This document shows positions 48,233 to 58,428 of a stretch of DNA of 64,000 bases, piece by piece. The stretch's first letter is position 1, and every line of letters begins with the position of its first letter. The notes beneath the pieces are model-generated. The model was not told where the DNA came from, did no database searches, and worked only from the letters and a program-made list of their open reading frames with translations. The translations under genes and the position numbers were made by a program. The DNA is taken from contig JAUVNS010000001.1 of assembly GCA_030599585.1 (NCBI GenBank), positions 256,001 through 320,000 of the forward strand, given 5' to 3'. Source of the stretch: Promethearchaeota archaeon. GTDB lineage: Archaea; Asgardarchaeota; Lokiarchaeia; Sigyniarchaeales; SOKP01.

Positions 48233-48721
48233 CTAGTTTGATTCAATAAATTTAGGAGGTAAACTGGCTGCTCCTAGGTGCTTTAAAGGTGGTTTGACCA
48301 TCACAGTTAATGTACCATGCGCTAAAAGTTTGTCTTCCTCATTTTTGATTGATACTTCCGCCAAGCCAATACTCTTCCCTAAGGTTATACAACGAGCGTA
48401 AGCTAACAATTTCCCACTTTTGACGCTAGATAAATAATTCACTTTCATCTCAATCGTGGCTGCACTATCATCACCCTCGACTCGAGAGTAAACAGAAAAA
48501 AATCCAGCACTATCAATAAGAGCAGAGTAAACTCCACCGTGAACATATCCGTATCCTTGGAGATGCTTGCGATTTAGCTCTATTTCTACGAAGGACTCGC
48601 CGTATTTCAAATCTACTATCTTCATATTCTGATTTTTAAAGTAACCACTACCGTTTACAACTAATTTTACAAAATCAACCCATTTTGGAGATAATTGCTT
48701 CATTCTAGATTGCGCTTCCAA
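48233..48721 (-). CDS. PaaI family thioesterase
   Basis: GYVHGGVYSALIDSAG...TIEMKVNYL. Confidence 0.9.
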   Translation of the reverse strand: MEAQSRMKQLSPKWVDFVKLVVNGSGYFKNQNMKIVDLKYGESFVEIELNRKHLQGYGYVHGGVYSALIDSAGFFSVYSRVEGDDSAATIEMKVNYLSSVKSGKLLAYARCITLGKSIGLAEVSIKNEEDKLLAHGTLTVMVKPPLKHLGAASLPPKFIESN

Positions 48722-48828
48722 GTTTTATTGAATTATTTAAAATAAGGACATGTAACAATAGCTATTCTAATTGTTGGATTATTTAATTATTTTTGATTAA
48801 TAAAAAAAAAGTTAGAAGTGATTATGAA

Positions 48829-50373
48829 TTATTCTGGTGTAGCTCGTTTTTTCATAAATATATAGAGACCAGATATAACCGCTACTCCTCCTACTATGGA
48901 AATAACAACGATAATTACAATACCTCCGGGATCTGGTCCTTCTTCTGAAAAGCTTTTAGTTAGTGTTACTTCTTCAAACGCTTCGTTTCCTACAATGTCA
49001 TTCGCGTAAAAGGTAATAGTAACACTTCCTTCACCTAAAGCATCCCAAGCCGATTGATCAATCGTTCCATTTTCTGTAAACGTATAATTATTTAATCCTC
49101 CATCAATTGTATACCACATCTCAAACAGAAAATCATCAATGACTTCAATGTTGAAAAAGGGAGCAACACTACTAAAACTACTACCAGCACTAGGCGCATG
49201 AATAGTAATCCGGGGTGCTCCATCTTCAGCTATAGGTAAATAATCTATACTTCCAGCAGAACCACCTATATGTGTGTACGAAACATCTACAATTCCATCT
49301 TGTGGGGTTGTATCTGGACCAGTATGATTGTCCCAGTAATTACCAATTGTCATGCTGTTCCATTTGTTATCAGTTCCATTATCCATAGCATGTATTTCAT
49401 TTGCTAGAAAGAAATTTCCATAGATGATGTTATTAATACTATTTCCTATATTAATTCCATACTTGTTATCGCTTAGAATGTTTCCCGAAATAGTATTATT
49501 ATTGCAACTATTAATTAAAATTATCCCGGTATAGGTATTGTTACTTGCGATGTTTTCCGAGATGATGTTATTGTTACAGCCATCCAACACTATCCCAGTA
49601 TTATCGATATTATCGTTTACGGTGTTTTCTGTAATGATATTGTAATTACAATTGTAAAAATACATCCCGATTTCGTTATCGTTTACGGTGTTTCCTAAAA
49701 TGGTATTGTTAGTGCATGTGTTAGATAAATATATCCCATTACTAGAACTGTTACATGCGGTGTTTCCCGATAGGGTGTTGTTATTACAGTCGTTTAACGT
49801 TATCCCAGTAATGTCATCGTTTGCAGTATTTCCCGAGATATAATTATTATTGCATTCATCTTTTAAAAATATCCCAGTATAATTATTGTCTACAATGTTT
49901 CCCGAAATAGTGTTATTTTCACAATTATTAATCAAGATTATTCCGTCCCGAGCGTTGTTAGAACAGTTATTATTTGTTAATGTTCCGTTATTTGTATTTT
50001 CCAATTTGATTCCCCCGTCATATTGTCCACTTCCTGCGTTGTAAACCGTGCAGTTTCTGATGATAAAATAATCATTTTTGGAATTGTTTATAAAAATTCC
50101 ACTTCCCGTAGGTGAAGAACTTGCGTCAATGGTAACGTTTTCAATAGTGTAGGGATTACTCCACGAACCATCACCGCTACACCAACCATAAGATGTAGTA
50201 GCTGACCAATTACCATTAACATGTATGAATTTTGCAAGGTAACCAGCCGATTCTTTCGGAGTAATAACATTAGTTTTTTGCCCATGGTCGAAATCAAGCA
50301 TAAAATTAGGCAAAAACACGAAGCCCATTGCTAAAACAATTAAGAATACTATTTTTTTCGAATTGGATTTCAT
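48829..50373 (-). CDS. NosD/CASH beta-helix surface glycoprotein with C-terminal TM
   Basis: Signal peptide, NNTISGN repeats, GNYWD, C-terminal TM followed by KKR. Confidence 0.9.
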   Translation of the reverse strand: MKSNSKKIVFLIVLAMGFVFLPNFMLDFDHGQKTNVITPKESAGYLAKFIHVNGNWSATTSYGWCSGDGSWSNPYTIENVTIDASSSPTGSGIFINNSKNDYFIIRNCTVYNAGSGQYDGGIKLENTNNGTLTNNNCSNNARDGIILINNCENNTISGNIVDNNYTGIFLKDECNNNYISGNTANDDITGITLNDCNNNTLSGNTACNSSSNGIYLSNTCTNNTILGNTVNDNEIGMYFYNCNYNIITENTVNDNIDNTGIVLDGCNNNIISENIASNNTYTGIILINSCNNNTISGNILSDNKYGINIGNSINNIIYGNFFLANEIHAMDNGTDNKWNSMTIGNYWDNHTGPDTTPQDGIVDVSYTHIGGSAGSIDYLPIAEDGAPRITIHAPSAGSSFSSVAPFFNIEVIDDFLFEMWYTIDGGLNNYTFTENGTIDQSAWDALGEGSVTITFYANDIVGNEAFEEVTLTKSFSEEGPDPGGIVIIVVISIVGGVAVISGLYIFMKKRATPE

Positions 50374-50450
50374 TTTATTTTCCCTTAAAATAATAGTTAA
50401 CTAATAGGATGATAATGAATTATTTAACACTTTTGTTAACAAATAGTTTC

Positions 50451-50582
50451 CTATTGCTCTCGAGATTGACAAAATGTCTCATTTTTAAACGAAAGAGCAT
50501 ATTCAAGAGAGTCTTGAGCAATATAATCAATAATCTCATTCAAATCATTTTCTGCTTTTAATGACCATTCTATTTCAGCCAT
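50451..50582 (-). pseudogene. Truncated RelE/ParE toxin (43 aa)
   Basis: Hand translation MAEIEWSLKAENDLNEIIDYIAQDSLEYA..., the classic ParE N-terminus; overlaps the antitoxin end; stops at about half the normal length. Confidence 0.75.
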
Positions 50583-50770
50583 TGTTCCAATCTCTTTTTA
50601 GCATTTTCCATGACTTGTTCATGAGGAATTACTCTCCCTTGCTCAATTTCTTCAATACCAGCGATGATTTTTTTTTTGACATAAAGATGATACATAATAT
50701 CATCAATTGTAGCATTTTCTGGCAATTTTTTTATAAGTTCTATAATCTCTTCCTTTAGATTAGAAGTCAT
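50570..50770 (-). CDS. Type II antitoxin partner of the ParE-like toxin
   Basis: LKEEIIELIKKLPENATIDDIMYHLYVKKKI...GRVIPHEQV, directly upstream of the ParE remnant. Confidence 0.75.
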   Translation of the reverse strand: MTSNLKEEIIELIKKLPENATIDDIMYHLYVKKKIIAGIEEIEQGRVIPHEQVMENAKKRLEQWLK

Positions 50771-50971
50771 AATATCTCACTATCTAAATAATCATACCAA
50801 CTTTTATATTTTCTTATCTTGCTCTTGTGTATAATAGTAAAGAATCTATTAGATTAAATTAATAATTGAGAATTAAAAGGCTACTCCCTGATTTCCCCTC
50901 ACATTATGGTCTTGGAATAGAGATTAAATCTTAAAAAAAAGAATTGAAAAAAATATAATTTAAAGATGAAC

Positions 50972-52681
50972 TCATGCTTTCCGTTTTTTGATAAAAATAT
51001 ACACTACAGCAGCTACAGCAACCCCCCCTACAAGAGAAACAATAACTATCACCAGTGTTGGATCAAATTCTTCTGGGAGATTCTTACTTATCGTTATTTC
51101 CGTAGTCCCGATATTTCCTGCTATATCAATCGCATAAAATGTAATCGTAATAGTACCATCGGACATAGCATCCCACGCAGATTGCGCGATTGTTCCAGCA
51201 AATCCTGTAAATGTGTAATTGTGCTGGCCATCATCAAGTGTGTACCACATTGAGACGATATAAATATCGGTGACTGTTATTATGAAAGAGGGAGCGATAT
51301 TGTCAAATCTTCCACCTTCATGCGGGGAATTAATTGTTATTATTGGCTTCCCATCCTCCGCTATAGGCAAGTAATCTTTACTTCCAGCAGGTCCACCGAT
51401 ATAGGTATGTGGCGTGTCGACAATTCCATCTTGTGGGCTTGTATCTGGACCAGTATGATTGTCCCAATAATTACCAATAACCGTGTTATTCCATATGTTA
51501 TTAATTCCATCATCGAACGCGTGCTTAAAATTCTTTGAAAAGAAATTTTCATAGATTGAGTTGTTATCGCCGTTATCAATATAAACACCATAAGTATTGT
51601 TGAACAGTAGATTTTCGGTGAGGGTGTTATAATTAGAAAAATCGTATATCCCAATTCCGTTTAATCCGTTGAAACTTACTACGTTGTTCGAAACCGTGTT
51701 ATTTTCGCAATAATCATACAGTTCTATTCCAATCTGTTCATTGTAATTTGCTGTATTGTCTACAATAGTATTGTTACTGCTGTACCAATGTAAAGATATC
51801 CCTTCCTCTCCACTACCATTTACAAAGTTGTTCGAAATCGTGTTATAACTACAATCATCATAAAAATATATCCCCTGACTTGTTGAACTATTCACGGCAT
51901 TTCCCGAGATGGTATTATAATAGCATTCATATTCTAAAGATAGCCCAGCATAACCATTTTCGTTCGCTATATTGTTCGAAATCGTGTTATAATTACAAAA
52001 TCCATAAAGGTATATCCCATAATCTTCGTTATTATTCGCAGTATTTCCCGAGATGGAGTTGTTTATGCACTCGGTATCGAGATATATCCCATAGTCATTA
52101 TTAGAACAATTATTATTGATTAACCGAGAATTACTTACATTATTAAAAGTGATTCCCTCTATGTGATCATATATTGTATTGCCAGTTATGTTTATATTTT
52201 CGCAATCTTCTACCACGATTCCGTATCCTAAATGATAAATAAGATTATCTTCTATTCGGCCATGAGTAGTGTTGAGTAAGTAAATCCCCGTCATAGGTAT
52301 ACTATTTGTTAATTCGTTCCATTTGAATGTACAACTTCTTATTATGAAATGCTTATTATGTGAGTTAGAAATTTTTAATCCATCTATACTCATTGACATA
52401 TTTAAAATATGACCTTCAATAATATATGGATCCAATAACGTTCCCGAACCAGAGCACCAAACTTGACTTTCTGCCCATGCCCAATTGTTCGAGCTGCCTG
52501 GAAGATTGTCAATTGTGATGTTTTTGTACGTTCCAGATGTCTTTAAATCGTCAACAATCATATTTTGATCATAACTATCAGAATTTGCATTACTTATATA
52601 GTCAACATTATGAAGACTGAACAATGCTATAATTAGCATCAATCCTAAAATTAAACAAAACTTTTGTTGATTGGATTTCAT
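50972..52681 (-). CDS. NosD/CASH beta-helix surface glycoprotein (paralog of 48829-50373)
   Basis: Same architecture; shared GNYWDNHTGPDTxPQDGIVD...DYLPIAEDG block. Confidence 0.9.
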   Translation of the reverse strand: MKSNQQKFCLILGLMLIIALFSLHNVDYISNANSDSYDQNMIVDDLKTSGTYKNITIDNLPGSSNNWAWAESQVWCSGSGTLLDPYIIEGHILNMSMSIDGLKISNSHNKHFIIRSCTFKWNELTNSIPMTGIYLLNTTHGRIEDNLIYHLGYGIVVEDCENINITGNTIYDHIEGITFNNVSNSRLINNNCSNNDYGIYLDTECINNSISGNTANNNEDYGIYLYGFCNYNTISNNIANENGYAGLSLEYECYYNTISGNAVNSSTSQGIYFYDDCSYNTISNNFVNGSGEEGISLHWYSSNNTIVDNTANYNEQIGIELYDYCENNTVSNNVVSFNGLNGIGIYDFSNYNTLTENLLFNNTYGVYIDNGDNNSIYENFFSKNFKHAFDDGINNIWNNTVIGNYWDNHTGPDTSPQDGIVDTPHTYIGGPAGSKDYLPIAEDGKPIITINSPHEGGRFDNIAPSFIITVTDIYIVSMWYTLDDGQHNYTFTGFAGTIAQSAWDAMSDGTITITFYAIDIAGNIGTTEITISKNLPEEFDPTLVIVIVSLVGGVAVAAVVYIFIKKRKA

Positions 52682-52807
52682 TTTTATATACCTAAATTTT
52701 TTTGTTATGTATTTCTAACCCATATTGATTAATAATAATATGTTTTAATTTGATACGATACAATTTTTAGAAAGAACTTAAAATTGAATGACGCAATGAA
52801 GTTTTAA

Positions 52808-52938
52808 AAAGAACTTATGAGGCAGGGAAGCTAAAGACGATTATAGATAGGAGATATCCGTTGGAACAGATTGTCGATGCTCACAGGTATGTTGAAACAG
52901 GACAGAAATCGGGACAAGTAATAATAACCATGACATAA
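52808..52938 (+). pseudogene. 3' remnant of an MDR alcohol dehydrogenase gene
   Basis: [37 protein letters not shown] is homologous to the C-terminus of 3305-3847. Confidence 0.8.
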
Positions 52939-53154
52939 TAACAGAGCCTAACAAAACATTGCAGTTAACTCAATATTAAAATTGTATCTATTTATTAAAA
53001 CAATTGCAAGGACTTTAATTTTTTAAAAATTATTTTGAGATTTTACACAATTTTTATAGCTCTCTGATGGTGAAAACTAATAGTTCTTTAAGTGAAGTTT
53101 TATTTACTTGAACATTTATTTATAAAATAAGTATCAGTCACGAAGTGTGAAAAA

Positions 53155-53379
53155 ATGGCAGATTTAACTCTTAATGCACTAGGAAAAAAATGCCCAATGC
53201 CTATCCTCCTGACTAAAAAAGAATTAAAGAAAATGAGTCCAGGACAAACTCTTGAGTTGATCGTCGACGATAAAGGAGCTTTAAAAGATGTACCTGCTCT
53301 TATCCGTAAGACGGGTGATACGATACTCGAGACGAAAGATAATGGCGAACAAATAACTTTTATGATACAAAAGGTTTAA
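53155..53379 (+). CDS. tusA: Sulfurtransferase TusA/SirA family protein
   Basis: LNALGKKCPMP...DDKGALKDV. Confidence 0.9.
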   Translation: MADLTLNALGKKCPMPILLTKKELKKMSPGQTLELIVDDKGALKDVPALIRKTGDTILETKDNGEQITFMIQKV

Positions 53380-53437
53380 ACCTTAAATTTACGAGAAAAT
53401 TAGTTAATGACGATAATAATTAAAAAAATCAAAAAAA

Positions 53438-53878
53438 GTGAATAAAATGACAGAAGATATAAGTTTTATTGTAAGTGATAGATCCTTCGAAAAGTTTGGT
53501 ATGATGTTGATTCTTGGAACTACCGGCGACGCGATGGACGTTAAAATGAACTTCTTTTTTACATTTTGGGGATTATATCTTTTGAAAAAGAAATTCAGAA
53601 AAATTAGGAAGATCCCGAAGTCATCTGGTATGGCTTCTATGATGAAAGGAATGGGCGGTAAAATCTTTTCTAAGAGATTAAAGAAGTTTGGGATGGAAGA
53701 TCAATGGGGAATGATTAAAGAAGCTGTCGAAAACGGAAACGTGAAACTCTATCCGTGCCAAATGACGATGGATTTAATGGGTATCAAAAGAGAAGAAATG
53801 TGGGACTTTGTAGAAGATCCAATTGGAGCTGCTGGGTTCTTAGAGCTTAGTGCAGATGCCAAAATAGTCTCACTATAA
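53438..53878 (+). CDS. DsrE2/DsrE-like sulfur-trafficking protein
   Basis: FFFTFWGL...YPCQMTMDLMG...GAAGFL. Confidence 0.9.
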   Translation: MNKMTEDISFIVSDRSFEKFGMMLILGTTGDAMDVKMNFFFTFWGLYLLKKKFRKIRKIPKSSGMASMMKGMGGKIFSKRLKKFGMEDQWGMIKEAVENGNVKLYPCQMTMDLMGIKREEMWDFVEDPIGAAGFLELSADAKIVSL

Positions 53879-53903
53879 ATAAAAAAAAATTTTATTTCTC
53901 TTT

Positions 53904-55127
53904 TTACAACATATCTGATTCTCTTTTATAATACTCAGAAATGTTTTTGCCCTTACCAAGAATTGCATCTACCTTTTCAAGTTCTTCAGGTATATTTATC
54001 TCCTGCGGACATTTCTCTAAACATTCGCCGCATTTAGTACAGAAAAAGGCATTTCCATTGGGATATTCTTTATTCAACTTTTTCTTGGATTTAGCTAATT
54101 TTTTGTATCTTCGGTTTATAAGGAAGGTCATTCCTCCTTTCTGTCCGGTATAAGCTACATTATTGAGAACTGCAAAATTTTCCGGAATATTGACGCCAGA
54201 AGGGCAAGGCATGCAATATTTACATGCCGTACATTGAACAAGAATGCTTTTACGATAAATGCCTGCTAACTCAGTAATTATTTTATTATCTTCTTCACTC
54301 AATGAATTAATTCCCGATTTAGAGGCGCTTTCAACATTTTCATCTATCATTTTTATGGATCCCATTCCGCTGAGTACAACCGCTACTTCAGGTTGATTCC
54401 AAACGTACTGTAAAGCCCAATCAACGGGGGTTCGCTGGGTTGATGTTTTCTTCATTATTTCTAAAGCTTCTTCAGTAGGATTGGCTAACTTTCCTCCTTT
54501 TACAGGCTCCATAACCACAACTGCTATTCCTTTTTCGTGGGCATATTTTAGCCCCTCGTGAGTTGCTTGAATAGCCGTATCCATGTAATTATATTGAATT
54601 TGGGCGAGATCCCACTTGTAATAATCGATTATCTCTTTAAATACCGGAAGCGTGTCGTGAAAAGAGAATCCTATATGTTTAATCAGTCCTTTTTCTTTAG
54701 CTTCTTCCATCTTTTCCATTAATTTTAATTCCTTAACTTTCTTAAATGAATTTCTCGAGAGACCGTGGAAAAAGTAGGCGTCTAAGTAATCGGTTTGAAG
54801 ACTTTTTAATTGCTGGTTGAGATATTTGTAAAAATCTTCTGTTTTTCTGACGAGGAACATTGGTAACTTGGTTACGAGGAAAATTTTTTCTCTATATCCG
54901 TCTTTTAATGCTTCACCTAGTACTTTTTCGCTTGCTCCAAAGCCATAAATCCAACCGGTGTCGATATAATTAATGCCTTTATCGATTGCATAACGAATTA
55001 ACTTTATTGATTCGTCCCAATCTACTCTAGGGAGAAATTTTTTTGTAGGGAGTCGCATAGCACCCAACCCAAGCGCAGATACATTCCAAGCTATGGAACC
55101 AAAATTTCGATATTTCATTTCATTCAT
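53904..55127 (-). CDS. Aldo/keto reductase with a C-terminal 4Fe-4S dicluster
   Basis: SALGLGAMRLP, YIDTG, GFSFH and MEPVKGG motifs; CTACKYCMPCP and CTKCGECLEKCP. Confidence 0.9.
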   Translation of the reverse strand: MNEMKYRNFGSIAWNVSALGLGAMRLPTKKFLPRVDWDESIKLIRYAIDKGINYIDTGWIYGFGASEKVLGEALKDGYREKIFLVTKLPMFLVRKTEDFYKYLNQQLKSLQTDYLDAYFFHGLSRNSFKKVKELKLMEKMEEAKEKGLIKHIGFSFHDTLPVFKEIIDYYKWDLAQIQYNYMDTAIQATHEGLKYAHEKGIAVVVMEPVKGGKLANPTEEALEIMKKTSTQRTPVDWALQYVWNQPEVAVVLSGMGSIKMIDENVESASKSGINSLSEEDNKIITELAGIYRKSILVQCTACKYCMPCPSGVNIPENFAVLNNVAYTGQKGGMTFLINRRYKKLAKSKKKLNKEYPNGNAFFCTKCGECLEKCPQEINIPEELEKVDAILGKGKNISEYYKRESDML

Positions 55128-55409
55128 TATTTTAAAAATTTTTTATTGCAGATAATTATTTTTATTAATTCATTCTGGGACATTAATTGGGTAGTATCCA
55201 TATTTTTCCCGAATTTCTAACAATAACTGAAAATGTTCTAATGGAATTGCGGGATTTCTAATTTTATCCTAACCAACCGTATCTTTCTTACTAATTGAAG
55301 CATGTTTTTGTGAGAAATTAAAATCTCTCTTAAATTCTGAATTGACCATAATCTAATGAAAAAATATTTAAACCAAGCTATCTACTATAGAAACTAGAGG
55401 CTATGGTTA

Positions 55410-57695
55410 GTGAAATCGAAAAGTTTCTTAGATAAATGGAACTTAAACAGAAATAGGGTTTGCCTAATAATTACTTTATTCTTAATTTTTTTGTTACATA
55501 TTTCTGTAAGAGATATTTTAATAAATCCGACTGCTAATGGAAGTGTGTATGATTCACCATTAGATGTCCAGTTAAGATCTTCAAGTTTTAATGCCACTCT
55601 AACAAAATCCGTTGGAGGTGGGCCAGAGCACGTTGTCGTAGAGGATGTTAATAATGATGGATATGACGATATTATTACAGCAAACTATTGGGATGATAAT
55701 GTATCTATAATTTTATGGAATTCGAGTACAAGTGATTGGGAGGAGCACTTTACTAGATCTGTTGGAGATGGACCTAGTAGTGTTTTTATCGGTGATGCGG
55801 ATAATGATGGATTTAATGATATTATAACTGCGAATTATTGGGATGGAAATGTCTCAATTCTGTTATGGAATTCGACTTTACTTGACTGGGAAGAACCCAT
55901 AACGAAATTAGTAGGTAATGGTCCAGAAACTGCTATATTGGGTGACCTCAATAACGATGGATATAACGATATCGTTACAGCAAATAATTGGGATAATACA
56001 ATCTCTTTATTAATCTGGAATGAGAGCCTTGGTTTCTGGAACCCAGAAGTAACACAATCTGTAGGCGATGGACCTGAATGTATATTTGTTGGTGATGTCA
56101 ATAATGATGGGTTAAACGATACTGTAACTACTAATTATTCAGACGATACGATTTCGTTATTTCTATGGAATGGTAGTATAAATGCTTGGGATCCTGAAGT
56201 AATATTATCAGTTGGAAATGGTCCTGGAAGTGTTTTTATTGAAGATGCTAATAATGATGGATATGCCGATATAATTACATCAAACTATGTTGATGATACT
56301 GTTTCAATCTTAACTTGGAATAACAGCACTAAACTTTGGAATCAAGAAATCACTGCGTCAGTAGGGGATGGGCCAGAAATTGTTTTAGTTGATGATGTAA
56401 ATATCGATGGATATAATGATATTTTAACTACTAATTATGGAGATAATGACATATCTATATTGATATGGAACGTTATTTCTTCTGATTGGAATCCTCAATT
56501 CACCATCTCTGTTGGAAATAGACCGCAAAGTGGTGTTATAGCAGATTTAAACTACGATGGTTACAATGACATATTAGTTTCAAACTTCCTGGATAATAAT
56601 TTGTCCATTCTTTTATTTATGACTAATCCGATATCAGACGACACATATGAAGAAAACGATGATTTACCAACAGCCTCCTATATCACTAATGACACTCGAT
56701 ATACAAATCTGGCATATTTAGATTTGGATTACTATTATTTTAATGTTTCTAAAGACTTTCTTATTAATCCGAAAATTGAATATGATAGTTTTAGCACAGA
56801 ATTTTATTTATACTTATATAATTCTTCCTATGACCTTGTAGCAGAGAGTCGCTCAAATCAAGTTTTTCAATATTTAGCTAATAATACAGATTATTTCTAT
56901 CTAGGAATTCTCTGTAACGAATTATATACATCCTATAATCTTACCATCAGCTTATTTCCCCTTCCAGGTAATTTCTCTCTTACTTCTGATGCCGCTAATC
57001 CTGATTTAGATGGGAATTTTACATTATCGTGGAGCCATGCTGAAGATGTTACTAATTATTCAATTTATCAACATAATAGTTATATTTCGGAAATTAATGC
57101 AAGTTTAACACTGGTAATAGAGGGAATCTTTCAAAATAATTACAATTTAACCAAATACCTTAATGGAACTTATTATTTTATACTATTGGCAACCAATTTC
57201 GTTGGCTCCACTCTTTCAAATTGTATATCACTAAATATATCTATTCCAGCTCCACCCAAACCACCTGGCAATTTTTCATTATTTTCAAGTGCAGGAACCC
57301 CTGATGATGATGGAAACTTTACATTAATTTGGTCTAAATCAATTAGAGCAGAAAATTATAGCGTATATCAATATTCTAAGTTTATATCAGAAATAAATGG
57401 TAGTTTAAATTTACTGGTAAGCGGATTAACTAATAATTCACTCAACATTTTTGATTATGTTAATGGAACTTACTTTTTCATGATCGTTGCTTTTAATGAT
57501 GCGGGGGTCACATCATCAAACTGTTATTCTGTTACTGTAATGATTCCCCAAAAAAATGACCCAGAGGTGATTCCAACAATTAAGATTTTTGGTTACAATT
57601 TTTGGTTTATAATTTTAATTATTGTATCATTTTATATTGCTTTAATTATTAAATTAATAACTAAGAAAGATATACACTATATTGTTCTAAATTAA
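55410..57695 (+). CDS. FG-GAP/VCBS repeat (beta-propeller) surface protein with PPC-like and fibronectin-like domains and a Loki-CTERM-like tail
   Basis: Seven repeats of VGxGP...DxNNDGYxDIxTxN; DDTYEEND; duplicated PGNFSL...DGNFTL domain; IFGYNFW-TM-KK tail. Confidence 0.85.
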   Translation: MKSKSFLDKWNLNRNRVCLIITLFLIFLLHISVRDILINPTANGSVYDSPLDVQLRSSSFNATLTKSVGGGPEHVVVEDVNNDGYDDIITANYWDDNVSIILWNSSTSDWEEHFTRSVGDGPSSVFIGDADNDGFNDIITANYWDGNVSILLWNSTLLDWEEPITKLVGNGPETAILGDLNNDGYNDIVTANNWDNTISLLIWNESLGFWNPEVTQSVGDGPECIFVGDVNNDGLNDTVTTNYSDDTISLFLWNGSINAWDPEVILSVGNGPGSVFIEDANNDGYADIITSNYVDDTVSILTWNNSTKLWNQEITASVGDGPEIVLVDDVNIDGYNDILTTNYGDNDISILIWNVISSDWNPQFTISVGNRPQSGVIADLNYDGYNDILVSNFLDNNLSILLFMTNPISDDTYEENDDLPTASYITNDTRYTNLAYLDLDYYYFNVSKDFLINPKIEYDSFSTEFYLYLYNSSYDLVAESRSNQVFQYLANNTDYFYLGILCNELYTSYNLTISLFPLPGNFSLTSDAANPDLDGNFTLSWSHAEDVTNYSIYQHNSYISEINASLTLVIEGIFQNNYNLTKYLNGTYYFILLATNFVGSTLSNCISLNISIPAPPKPPGNFSLFSSAGTPDDDGNFTLIWSKSIRAENYSVYQYSKFISEINGSLNLLVSGLTNNSLNIFDYVNGTYFFMIVAFNDAGVTSSNCYSVTVMIPQKNDPEVIPTIKIFGYNFWFIILIIVSFYIALIIKLITKKDIHYIVLN

Positions 57696-57740
57696 TTAGA
57701 AATCTATGAATGATCCATTAATTGAAAATGAATAGATTAA

Positions 57741-58382
57741 TTAGTTATCTTTAGTGGTGATTAGTGAATTTTTTAAATTCTCTCTAAATTGTTTAATACG
57801 ATCTAATTCTTTCAATTGAATCTCAGTATTCTCGGGTAAATTTTCAGTATGCAAATTTAATTCAAAATCAATGCTAAAGCTAGTACAAAACTGTTTTAAT
57901 TTTGATATAATTAATTCCATATTCTCTTTTCGAAAACGCAATAAAAATATTCTTAAGTCTTGTGAATCCCTTTCAGTTGTCACTTTTACCACGTAATTAT
58001 GTTTAAATTTATAAGAATTGAAATATTTTTCATTAGAAATATCTACTTTTTTAATTTCAAACCATAATAATTTTAAATAAACTTGGTTTTGAAGTAAAAT
58101 TTTTATTTCTTTGGCTGTTATAAAACATTTTACATAATAAATTGGAGTGTTGCGATTAAGATATTTTTTTATGGTGTAATATCCCATTATTAATAATGTA
58201 ATAGTTACGAAAAAGAAAAGAAGAAAACCAAATGTATTAACTTCTTGGTAAAAAATGATTACCAAAGTGATTATTACAATGATAGGCAAAATGAATGGGA
58301 TTGTAGTAAACAACAGATCAATTATAAATTCTCTTTTATAGTGGTCTTCCACTTCAAATAGTTCTTCATTCAAATTATTCAT
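57741..58382 (-). CDS. Hypothetical 2-TM protein with a PH-like domain
   Basis: ORF track. Confidence 0.6.
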   Translation of the reverse strand: MNNLNEELFEVEDHYKREFIIDLLFTTIPFILPIIVIITLVIIFYQEVNTFGFLLFFFVTITLLIMGYYTIKKYLNRNTPIYYVKCFITAKEIKILLQNQVYLKLLWFEIKKVDISNEKYFNSYKFKHNYVVKVTTERDSQDLRIFLLRFRKENMELIISKLKQFCTSFSIDFELNLHTENLPENTEIQLKELDRIKQFRENLKNSLITTKDN

Positions 58383-58428
58383 GTAAAATTCCCTATATGT
58401 TAATATTTTTATAAAAAAAAAAAAAAAT

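Noticed and set aside
53155-53878. Possible selenoproteins (TusA/DsrE), since Lokiarchaeia use Sec
   Set aside because: The catalytic positions are ordinary Cys codons; I saw no in-frame TGA.
55170-55260. Minus-strand fragment NPAIPLEHFQLLLEIREKYGYYPINVPE resembling a uroporphyrinogen-decarboxylase-family C-terminus
   Set aside because: It is too short and bounded by a stop upstream; plausible debris, but not supportable without a search.
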